Source: Azolla caroliniana
Taxonomy: Eukaryota; Plantae; Polypodiophyta
Direction of reading: 5' to 3'
DNA: 64,000 nt
NCBI GenBank assembly: GCA_043228905.1
Contig: JBHGNT010000008.1
Location: 7,688,001-7,752,000 of the forward strand
The position numbers and the translations under genes were made by a program. Positions 13,563 to 25,172 of this stretch are shown piece after piece. Each line of letters opens with the position of its first letter. Position 1 is the first letter of the stretch. The notes below the pieces were generated by a model. That model did no database searches. It was not told the origin of the DNA and worked only from the letters and a program-made list of their open reading frames with translations.

Positions 13563-13962
13563 AGGGATCTATCACCCATCCCAAACCTAAATTGGTTCAA
13601 CGCCATTTTGTAGCCTACTCTTTGTAATCCATTTTATGCTTCAATTTCATAATTATCTTTCAATTATCTCTCTATCTCTTTTTCTCTCTCTTTTTCTCTC
13701 TCAGTCTTGACAGTTTGGACCAATTTTTTTCCTTTCATCTCTTCGTCTTCCACAAACCCTAACAAGTTCTCTTTTTCCTTCTCCTCTCCCCTCGTAAGCT
13801 ATGGAGTCCGTGAGCAAACAAGAATACATGTGTGTTCTTTCTGAGCTCGACATGCTCACGAATAAATTTGTGGCATTAGAGCATGAGAATCAAAGGCTAC
13901 TTGGAGATCTACAACACGTGAGCGCCGAAAAAGCTCAACAATATGAAGAGTTATCACAGCGG

Positions 13963-15014
13963 TGTCGTGAAGTACGAAAGCTTCACATTAAAAGTCTACA
14001 ATAAGATAAATACGTAACTAAAATAACATTTGATAATGTTTTATATATAAAGATAATATTAACAACACATATGATAATATTATATATATATAAAGAAAAT
14101 TTATATATATATATTAGTATATTATATTACACGAACAAGAGAGGACTTGAACCAATAACCCCACCCTATGACTCTCAAATCTTACCATTTACTCTATACT
14201 AGTAATATACATAAAATAAAGCATACTTTATATATACTTTATATTACATAAAGGATTTGCTTCATGATATAAAAGTATAATATTTTGAGACTTGAACCCA
14301 CAACCTCATACACCAAAATCAACACACCTACCATTAGGCTAGGCCCTTTCTCTTTAAGATTCTTTTTTCATGTTTATTCTTATTGCATATATTGTTTCAT
14401 ACATAAAAGCTCAAATGAGTGAGATGTTTATCATGCATCACATGCATTTCATGCACTACATGCATGACTTGTACCCTCCAATGCATCATATGCATGGGGG
14501 CACCTATTTAAATGGTGAAAGAGAAGATCAAAGGGAGATATGTATGAGATATCAATCAAATTATGTATTATATAAGAGATAACATAACAATTATAAACAT
14601 GGAGCTCTAGCTTGGTGGTCGTGGTGGTCAACTCTCAACAAGAGGGAGGCGGTTCGAGCCTTATCTTCATCAAAATATTGAAGTGAAGATTGTAGTGGTC
14701 TACGATCAAGAAAGAGAAGAGCGATTGCCTTGCAAGACGAAGTTCGGAGGTTCAATGACGTGCACAATCATTTTGTAACTCTTTCATGAAAATGATTATA
14801 AATTTCATACACTTTCTCATATATTATTTTGTATCTTATCTTGTCTTATCTTATATTCCTTAAAAATTCTATTTTGTCATATCTTATTGATCTCTATTCA
14901 CTCCATCTCTACTCTTTCGTCTCTTCCGTCCATAATCCCAGTGATTCCTTCCTCACTTTCACGTTATCCTTTATGTGCGCAACGGTACGCTTCTAGGCGA
15001 GCCACGTCACGACA
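13963..15014. mobile_element. Solo LTR (1052 bp) inserted in chromovirus gag, 4-bp TSD GCGG
   Basis: Terminal inverted repeat TGTCGTGA...TCACGACA. Excision with one GCGG restores in-frame gag EELSQRVHQLK. Confidence 0.88.
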
Positions 15015-18000
15015 GCGGGTTCATCAACTCAAGGCAACTATATTGTCATTACGAGAGCAAGCGTCGGGGGCTCAGAACTCCCCTAGAGAGCCAAAGATCA
15101 GCCTCCCTGCCAAGTTTGTTGGTACGAGGTCTTTATTTCGAGGCTTTTTGAATCAAGTTCGTCTAGTTATTCCGCTACATCCCAATCGGTATCCAACTAA
15201 TGCAGCTCGTGTGGGATTAATGGGAACTTTGCTATGCGATACGACGTTAGCATGGTTCGCACCACTTCTCGAGAAGAAATCACCATTGCTGGAGGATTTC
15301 GAGGCATTTGTTAAAGAGTTTCAAGCTAGTTTTGGAGACACCGACAACACTAGGACAACGATAAACAAGATTCGAAGGCTCCAACAAGGAGATCATCCTG
15401 CGTTGGCTTATGCAGCCGATTTCCGTCTCTTGGCATGCGATATCCCTTGGGATGAGGCGGCCTTAATGGATCAATTCCGTCAAGGTTTGAGAAATGATGT
15501 CAAAGATCTTCTTCTTACTTTCCCTAAAGATCCGAAGTCACTTACAGAAGCCATTAGTCGAGTTGTGCGATGTGATAATCGCCTATTTGAGCGACGTTTT
15601 GAGTGCCAACAAATGTTACGCCGCCAACCTGAGCAGACTTACGCTTCCGTAGTCGTAACGCCTCCACAAGTTTTTAGACCCATTACAAGGGATGGCCCAA
15701 CTCCGATGGAAATAGAGTCAACACAATGTCGTGGGCCGTTATCAGATGCTAAGAAGCAACGACGTTGAGCGCATCGCCTCTGCCTGTATTGTGGCGGTCC
15801 AGGACATATAGATGTAAATTGTCCACATAAACCTAGGCATCAACTATACCAAGTAAGTGCCCATGAAAACCCTACATCGAGTTCTATTGTTACTTCTAAT
15901 AACATAAATAAGCCTCATAGTCCATGCCATGAGAATAGATTTGATGTCTTGAGTCAATTAGAGGATGTGTTAAACAAGTAAGTCCGGCCAAAATAGGAGC
16001 CATTTGGTTGGACCATTCTAGCTATGTAGAGTTAGTTCCTAGTCGTGCTTCCATTTCATCAAATCAAGTGAGTCGAGTTTTTTCAGCACAAGTCGAGCTT
16101 ACCACATCTACATGTCATCGAGTCCTAGCCTCTGCCCTTCTAGATTTTGGAGCCAACTCTTGTTTCATGGATCGTGAATTTGCCTTGTCACAAAACATCC
16201 TCTTGAATAAGCTTCCTAGCCCAGTAGTCGTAGGAGTCATTGATGAACGTCCCATAGCATCAGGAGATATAGTTGAGGAGTCCGAGCCAATTAGGATAGT
16301 TCTTGGCAATTTGGCAAGCATAATCTCTTTCAACATTATTTGTAGTCCAGAACACCCAATAGTTCTAGGTCTCCCTTGGTTTGAACGCCATAACCCGAAG
16401 ATTGATTGGATGAAAAGAACAATTGAGGAGACCCAGGAAAAAAGCACAAACCCTGCATCCCTCTCTCCTATATGTGATAATAGATCCCCAGAGTTATCGC
16501 CCATCTCTTTACGATAGTTGCGGGAGGAAGGGGGAACGAGGCCATGTTCGTCTTCGCAATAATAGCAACTCCATCATCCACTTCACGTGAAGTGGACATT
16601 AAACTACCAGAGAAATACAAGGATTTTTCAGATGTCTTTGATAAGGTGAAGGCCAATACATTGCCGGAGCATCGGCCATACGACTGCCCTATTGACTTAC
16701 AACCAGGGAAAGAACCTCCATGGGGACCAATTTATAATCTCTCCCCTGTAGAGCTAGAGACTTTGTGGGAATATATTGATGAGAATCTGGCAAACGGATT
16801 CATTCGGCATTCTAGATCCCCTGCTGGTGCACCTATCTTCTTCGTTAAGAAGAAGAATGGGACTCTTCGGTTGGTCGTGGATTATCGAGGGCTAAACAAA
16901 GTGACTATCCGGAATAGATATGCTCTACCATTAATCCCGAATCTTTTGGAACGTCTCAGTGGTGCAAAATATTTCACGAAGTTGGACCTTCGCGGAGCAT
17001 ATAATCTAGTTCGGATTCGCCCAGGGGATGAATGGAAGACAACTTTCCGCACTCGCTATGGACATTTTGAGTATACAGTGATGCCATTCGGTCTCACGAA
17101 TGCACCTGCTGTTTTCCAACATATGGCGAACGATATTTTTCGAGATTTTCTTGATATCTTCGCTATAGTTTACCTAGATGATATTTTAATCTACTCAAAG
17201 ACCCAAGAGGAGCATGACGAACATGTTCGTCAGGTACTGCGTCGACTCCGAGAATATGGTCTCTACGCAAAATTAGAAAAGTGTAGTTTCGGCCAGAATC
17301 AAGTGGAATTTTTGGGGTATGTTATATCGTCAAATGGTATTGCTATGGACCCCATGAAGGTACAAGCAATTTTAGACTAGCAAACGCCTTTTTCAGTGCG
17401 TGATGTGCAATGTTTTCTCGGGTTTGCAAATTTTTATCGAAAATTTATTAAAGATTATTCCAAGGTTGTGCTTCCGCTTACTCAGCTCACACATAAAGAT
17501 CAACCATTTATATGGAGTTCAGATGCAGCCGAGGCATTCGAAAGCTTAAAACGAGCATTTCCAACGGCACCTATCTTAGCACATGTCGACCCAACAAAAC
17601 GCTTCATCCTCGAAGCCGATGCATCCGATTTTGCACAGGGAATGTCCTCTTGCAGACTGGAGATGATGGACAGCTACACCCTGTCGCCTTTCATTCACGA
17701 AAGTTTGAAGCTGCAGAGATCAACTACGAGATCCATGATAAAGAGCTTGTTGCAATTGTGGATTCGTTTCAACAATGGTGACATTTCCCAGAAGGTTCTT
17801 CTCAGCAGATCATTGTCTACAATGATCATAAGAACCTAACTTATTTCCAAAATGCTCCAATCTTGAGTCGGCGACAAGCCCGGTGGGCACAAATTTTGAC
17901 TCACTTCGACTTTATCATCATATATCGCCCTGGGATGCAGCAAGGCAAAGCAGATGCTCTTTCTCGGCGCTCTTATATGGAACTTCGTCCAGGGGAACCT

Positions 18001-20278
18001 GCATTTGAGCATCAAAAACAAATACTTTTGGGTCCTAATCGATTACGATTAATGGTAGTTAACGCCATAACAACTCTTGAAAATTCCACTCTTCTTGATT
18101 CCATTCGAGATCATATGGCCATTGATGATTTCACCAAGGATGTTTTGGATCATAGCGTGCCTGATCGTGTTTCTTGCTCACGGTCGAAAAATCCTCGTAA
18201 TGACTATTGTCAGTTCTATTGGCATGGTGGTTTTCTATTTCGACAAAATTTATTGTATGTTCCTGATGGTCCCCCACGGCTACAAGTTTTGCAACATTGC
18301 CATGTCTCACCAATGGCTGGTCATTTTGAAGTTCACAAGACTCTAGAATTAATTTCTCGACGCTATTGGTGGCCTCGCCTTCGTCATTTTGTTGAGGAGT
18401 ATGTTCGGAGCTGTGATATATGTTGTCGATCAAAGAATCCTCGTCACCGTCCCTATGGCTTACTACAACCACTTCCCATTCCGGAAACTCCTTGGAAGTC
18501 TATATCCTTGGACTTCATTACTGATCTCCCAGTTTCAAAAGGTTTTGATGCAATTCTCACAGTGGTTGATCGATTTACCAAAATGGCACATTTCTTGCCA
18601 TGTACAAAGTCGATTACTAGTCAAGAGGCGGCTGATCTCGTTATGCGGGAGGTATTTAAGTATCATGGTCTGCCTGATGATATTATTAGTGATCGTGGTC
18701 CACAATTCATCTCAAAGTTTTAAAAGCACTTGTTCAAACTTCTCCACATTTCAGTTAAGCTTTCTTCGGACTATCATCCTGAAACAAATGGCCAAACAGA
18801 GCGTACCAACCAGACATTGGAACAATATCTTCGTTGTTTCATCAACTATCAACAAGATGATTGGGTTGATTTTTTGCACTTGGAGGAATTCGCGTACAAC
18901 AACTCAGCCCATTCTTCTACAGGATATTCCCCATTTTTCGCAAATACGGGTTGTCATCCGCAGTGGACGATGAATACACATCCAGAAGTTCCTACCAACC
19001 CTGCTACCGAGGATCGTCTTAGTCGCCTCCAATAAATTCAAGCTAACATTCTCCACAATTTGCACGATGCTCAATTTACACACAAGAGGCTTGCCGATCG
19101 TCATCGTCTAGACTCCTCAAAAAAGTTCCGCATTGGGGATCATGTATAGCTTCTCCAACACAACATCAAGACCACTCGACCTTGCAGTAAATTGGATTAC
19201 CAACGTTTTGGCCCTTACATGATCACTGGTAAGATAAGTGATATTGCATTTCATCTTGACCTCCCTCCGCACATGCATCTTCATCCGGTGTTTCATGTAT
19301 CCCTTTTGGAACCTTACACTACAAGTTCAATTCCGGGCCGTCTTACGACACCCCCACCACCTGTCGAGTTCTTGGATGGGCCTGAATTTGAAGTTGCTGT
19401 CGTTCTTGATTCTAAAATCGTGCACAAAAAGCTGTATTACTTAGTCGATTGGCTAGGCTATACCCCCAATGATCGAACTTGGGAACCTACCGCAAATCTT
19501 TCCAATGCTGCAGAACTCGTCAATGCATTTCATCGCCAATATCCTTGTAAACCTGGTCCTAATACAAACCCTACGACCGGTGAGACATGTCGTCGAAGAA
19601 GGGGGATAGTGTCATGATAACACTCACATCATGCATCGAAAGGATCATGAAACTCACATTATGACTCGAAAGGATTTGAACCCACGACCTTGTTGTACAC
19701 ATGTCAAATCCTTAACCATTGTATTAATATTCTTATATGTATAGTCTCTAGAATATGAAATCTAATATCATAGGAATATTCTATATTACTCTACATTCTA
19801 GAATGACCTAGAATATTCTAGAGTGTTCTATACCACTAGAACCTTCTAGAATACTCTAGAGATCTTCTAGATTACTCTACATTCTAGGATAACCTAGAAT
19901 ATTCTAGAGTGTTCTCTATTACTTATAAATAGGGATCTATCACCCATCCCAAACCTAAATTGGTTCAACGCCTTTTGTAGCCTACTTTTTGTAATCCATT
20001 TTATGCTTCAATATCATAATTATCTTTCAATTATCTCTCTATCTCTTTTTCTCTCTCTTTTTCTCTCTCAATCTTGACAGCCATGCCTCTATCCATTTTG
20101 TTTTTCCTATTCTTTACGAAGGTTAGGTTTTCTTCTTGAGCTAAGGTCGGCTACAGAGGTTCTCAACCCTCGCGCTTTGATACCATGTGAAAAAGAATAA
20201 CGTTCGGAAGCAATAGAAAACCGAACACAGAAACGCAGGTTTAATGGAGAGCTTGGAGACACAGTACGCGGGAGAGAC

Positions 20279-20328
<50 letters not shown>

Positions 20329-23300
20329 TGCACACAAACTCAATTCAAAGATGATACACAATCTGTAAATAGGATGTGCTCAGCGAGCACTTTTATACAA
20401 GTCCATATGAACTGACAAAAGTACTGACACGTACTTCAATGCTCATAAATGAGCTCTACAGTAACGAGTCCCAAAATATATTCTTATGTGGAATATCTTT
20501 CCAACAGCCTCGCAGTTTACGCAACGCTACGACTTCTTGTTGCGCATCGGTTTACGCACCGGTCTGGCCTAACCGATTCGGTTCTCGGCTTGCACAGCCA
20601 ATCCGGCCATTGTTGAGCTTGTATCTCAAATGTCACCATAAATTCACCTAGTAGATGTGCTATCACTTCATTGAGGAAATGGGAGTCGTGATCGCTAATG
20701 ATCTCGAGAGGACATCCAAACCGTGATATGACGTTTTTGTATAGGATTTTGGCGGTGTTACGTGCGTCGGCATCAACGCAAGCTTTAGCGTCCACCCACT
20801 TGGTAGCGTAGTCAGTTGCAGTTATTATGTATCGATTGAGGTTGGAAGCTGGGCGAATTGGGTCGATAAAATCGATACCCCATTTCTCAAACAGTTGGCA
20901 TGCCACCATCGGGTTTAATGTGTTGAAATTTGCTTTTAGCGGATGTTTGAAATGTTGGCACTCATCACATTGGCGTACATACTTGTATGTGTCTTTGAAC
21001 AGTGTTGGCCACCATCGGCCGGACTGGAGGATCTTGTGTGTGGTGACCTTGTTATTGAAATAACCGCTTCCGCTTCCGCAATGAGCTTGTTCGAGGACGG
21101 CGACGACGTCATGGTTCGTTACACACCTCCGAAGTACATCATTGTTACCTCTTCGGTACAAGTTGCCTCTGAGCATCCTGAAGGGGCCACATTTCCTTAA
21201 CAAGACACGTGCATGCGCCCGGCTTAGTTGTTTTAGGAAGGACGCCCCTTCAGTTAAGACGCGAACAATGTCTGATGCCCATGCTAGTACGGTGTCGATC
21301 GTGAATAATGTTGCATTTGGTGTTTCATCATCGACCCTAGTGGCTTCTTCTTCGTTTGGTATTTGGGAGAAATGATCTGCAAGTACATGGGCTTTTCCTT
21401 TTCTCACCACCACCTTGAAGTCGAACTCGAGTAACGTTACGATCCATCATGATATGTGTCTTGTGGCGTGAGTTTTGTTTACCAAGTAGAGGAGGGCTTG
21501 ATGGTCTACAAAAACGAGAAACATGACGCCAAGAGGTAATGGCAGAATTGTTTTACGTTGTAAACCATGGCCAAAGCTTCTCATTCTGTTGTGGAGTAAT
21601 TTCGTTCCACGGCGTTAAGTTGACGACTAGCGAAGGTGATCGATAGGTCGAGTGCCCCTTCGCCAGGTTAAGCTACCACTACACCAATCACGAAGGCAGA
21701 AGCATCGGTGTGAACATGGAATTCTTTGGTCCAGTCTGGGGATCAGAGCATGGGGGCTTTAGTTAGGCACTCTTTCAAGAGCTTGAACGAGTGTGTGCAC
21801 TCTTCCATCCAAGTGTACTGCTTTAGTAGGGCGTAGAGTGGTCTGGCCTTGTCTGCGAACATCTTAATGAAGCGTCTATAATAACATGTGTATCCCATCA
21901 ACCCTTGTAGTTGTTTCTCGTTTGCAAGAAGTGGCATGTCGATGATGCATTTTACTTTTGCCTCATCAGACGAGATTCCATGTCGGGACACAACATGACC
22001 AAATACTAGTTTGTGTTTGACCCAGAATTGACACTTGAGTGGGTTGAGGGAGAGTTTATAGGCCCTGCATTTTCCGAACGTCAAGCGGAGTAGCGCCAGG
22101 TGGTCATGCCATTTCGAATGGCAACATAAATCGTCGATATAGGACTCCACCCCTTGTCGTAACCTTGCCGCGAAGATATGGTCCGCCGCCCTTTGAAAGG
22201 TGCTCAGGGCACTTGTGAGCCCGAAAGGCATCTGCTTATACACGAACGTACCAAATTCGGTGGCGAAGGCCGTCTTGTGTTGATCCTTGGGCACCACCGA
22301 GATTTGGTTGTACCCTGAGAAGTTATAAGCTTTGGCTTCTGCGATTCTTTCGAGTAAATGCTCAATGTAGGGTACCAGGTAGTTGTCCTTGATGGTGGCT
22401 TCGTTGACTTGGGGTAGTCGTCACATATGCAAATTTTGCCATTTTTCTTCGGGAAGACTACTATCGGGGAGAGCCAAGTGGTTCATTCGATCGGGTAGAT
22501 GATGCCTGCATCTAACATTTTGTTGATTTCGGCTTTTACTTGTTGGGCATAGTTAGGGTTCATTGGGCATGGCCTTTGTCGGATTGGGCGGGTGTCGGCT
22601 CACATGGGGATACTATGGGTGACGACCTCAGCCAGAACCCCTTTCATATCTACATACGACCATGCGAACATGTCGCTAAATTCCGTGAGGAGGGTGATCA
22701 AGGACGTCTCCTCGTCCAACCGGAGATTTGTGGCTATGAACATTGGTTTGGAGTCAATCCCCTTCCCGAGGTTGATTTCTTTAACCCTCGCCGGTTCGTC
22801 GCATACCTCACCTAGGCTTTGAGGGGTGCGTTGTGGTCTCTTACAAGCCACTGCCTGATTCCCTTGTTCATAAAGTTTGAATTGCTCTAGGAAGTCCACC
22901 TCTCTCGAGGTCTTCCGAGTGGTCGCAACCTCATCTCGTTGTGTCAGGTCTTCGTCTTTTACGTGTACTTGTTTTCGCTAGGGTACGAGGGTGGTGACGT
23001 TAAAGCAAGAGATTGTGTCTCCATCCTCATCACAACACTTTGTGCCAATGGGATACATTGCGTCGTTCATGGCGAGAGCGTGTACCCAATTCATCTTTGA
23101 CGTATCGGAAGCTATGGATTGGTCTTCTCTTTCTTTTGCATTCTCCGATTTAGGATTGACGGATTTTTGGGGGAACGGTTGGCCCCTGGCCAAGATCTGA
23201 ACTGTTTTTGTGGGGTTGCACGCTAGGAGTTGGTCTCGAACTCGGTGATTTCTGACCAGTCATCCACGAGAGGGCTGCCCTCTTGTTCATGCACTTTTTG

Positions 23301-24590
23301 TGTGTATGCTTTGATGCGAAAGGTTTTGTTGTTTTTATGCATATATATTGTATCATTCCCAAAATCCATTACCAAGTGGCTTAAACGTAGGAATGGTCTT
23401 CCTAGTAAGCACTCGTAGGCCACATGATTGGATGATCTTGTGACAACGAAGGTGAGATTGAACTCGAATCCGTGGACAATGAAGTGATGTGCAGGGATAA
23501 TGCCTTCCGGCTGTTCGATTGACCGATCTACCATTCGTAGTTTGACATCTGAAGGAAGCATTTTTGGGCTTGCCCCCTTACACCAACATTCGTAGCTGAC
23601 GATACTTACCCCTGCTCCGGTGTCAATGATTGCATCACACGTCGTACTGTTGACGGAGATGGGTAGAGTGAAACTAGTATCGTTGCTCTCAAAGTGAGCT
23701 TCGCGTATATCGACTAGTGGTCCTTCGGGTTGCTTGAGGACTGTGGACGTATGAGGAATGTGGGTGTGTATCTTTTCGCCATAACCTGCTGATCGGCTTC
23801 CATTGAGGCTGCGAAGGACGTCGTGCCAAGGTTGGATGTCGAGTTTGAGTAGTTCTACAAGTGTGAACTCTATTTCCTTAGCGAGTAGAGGTCGTAGTTG
23901 GTGGTTTTCGGCCACGAAGGTGCCAGTGTAGCTCTGTACTTCACGTAATGTGAGTCATAATCTTAAATTTAATATTTGCTGGAGCAGGGTTGTGTTGACC
24001 TCTTTGATTGGGTTAGGATGGCAGGTGGGGGTCTCGGTTGATGTGACGACAAGGGGAGGTGTATCCATGTGTTGGGGTGGGGGGTTTACCCATTCTTCAA
24101 GTTGGTCGAAGTTTAAGCTTGGGAGACTAAGCGATTTTTCGAACTGTTCGTGGCGTATGAGTTTAATGTACTCTTTGACCTTTTGTTTTTCAGCCGCTGG
24201 GTTTTGGTATGCTACTAGGTGTGCCGGTAGCTCTTGGTTACGTCTCCCTCTAGTTCTTGATCTTGTTTTGAGGCTTGCGTGGATGCATTTTTTCTGGATT
24301 TTTGTCTCTTACACGTAGCTGCGGGGGGGCTTTGATCTTGGTGTGATGACGTTGGCGTCAACCGTTGATGGTACGATAGATAACAAATTTGTGCCTATCC
24401 TTTTCTTCCTTTCTGGGCAATCAGGTACTAAGTGCTCCTTACCACACCCTGGGCATGATGCTTCTCTTTGGAACCACTCGATAAGGTCCTGTGACTGTTG
24501 GGTGAGACTTTACGCCAGTGGTTATGGGGGTGTTTCGAGTGAGGGGTGTCGTGGTTGTTGTGCCATCCAATTGTAGTATTCATGTTTATT

Positions 24591-25172
24591 TGTGAAGAGA
24601 ATATGCGGAATAATGCTCGGTCACAACCGAGTCTTCAATCACTTGATTGAGAATTACAAACACAGAAATGGGAATGTGGAGATAAATGCACGTATACACA
24701 AAAACTGTAAACAAGAGAGTACACGAGATGTTAACGTGGAAAACCCTGAGAGGGAAAAACCATGGGAGCCCACAAACTCCAAACTATCACTATGTCAAAG
24801 AATACAACAAGGGACACAGAGGCAATGACCTCGTGCTCACTCTCTTCGCCTGGCGACAGTTACAATTGAGAATCACATTGTGTTTCTCTCTCTCTCTCTC
24901 TGTTACGCTCTGTATAACAGTTACACCAATAACTCTATACCACAAAATAACAACGACCACATAATAATCCTCTCTGTTTGCCCTAGGTCATATTTATACT
25001 AATATGACTTTCGGGCTATTTACAAATATAGCCACAATGGGCTAACAGAAACATATGTGCATATATGCCCCTTCATCCGATGAGGTTCTCACCAAGCCTG
25101 CGTCATCCGGTTCTCACCAGGTCTTCCTTGCCGGGTACTCATATCCCATCCGGAGGGACCGAAATCCTAACA
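24591..25172. mobile_element. Solo LTR in Athila-like gag
   Basis: TG...CA ends; shares GATGTTAACGTGGAAAACCC and CCCATCCGGAG...CCTAACA with 28314-29225; no clean TSD. Confidence 0.7.

Larger units (their letters stand above)
13242..20079 (+). mobile_element. Full-length defective Tcn1-like chromovirus; LTRs 13242-13712 and 19610-20079, TSD GCCAT
   Basis: LTRs differ at about 8 positions by eye. Gag 13801-13962 + 15015-15830 (CCHC), PR, RT (YLDD), RH, INT and chromodomain; PPT GAAGAAGGGGGATAG; several stops and frameshifts. Confidence 0.97.
4842..20630 (-). mobile_element. Ty1/copia element, defective; 5' LTR 20186-20630, 3' LTR 4842-5275, TSD TGTCA
   Basis: Paired LTRs; TSD at 4837-4841 and 20631-20635; PBS TGGTATCAAAGC (20174-20185); PPT at 5276-5290. 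Order gag-INT (HSDVWGP, FIDDYTR)-RT (RYKARLVAKG)-RH (SSTEAEY, RTKHIEVHYHFVR). Confidence 0.95.

Noticed and set aside
14143-14662. True tRNA genes
   Set aside because: Only the A/B-box arms resemble tRNA; no convincing acceptor or anticodon stems.
13963-15014. Intron in chromovirus gag
   Set aside because: Better explained as a solo LTR: 8-bp terminal inverted repeats, a TSD and exact frame restoration.
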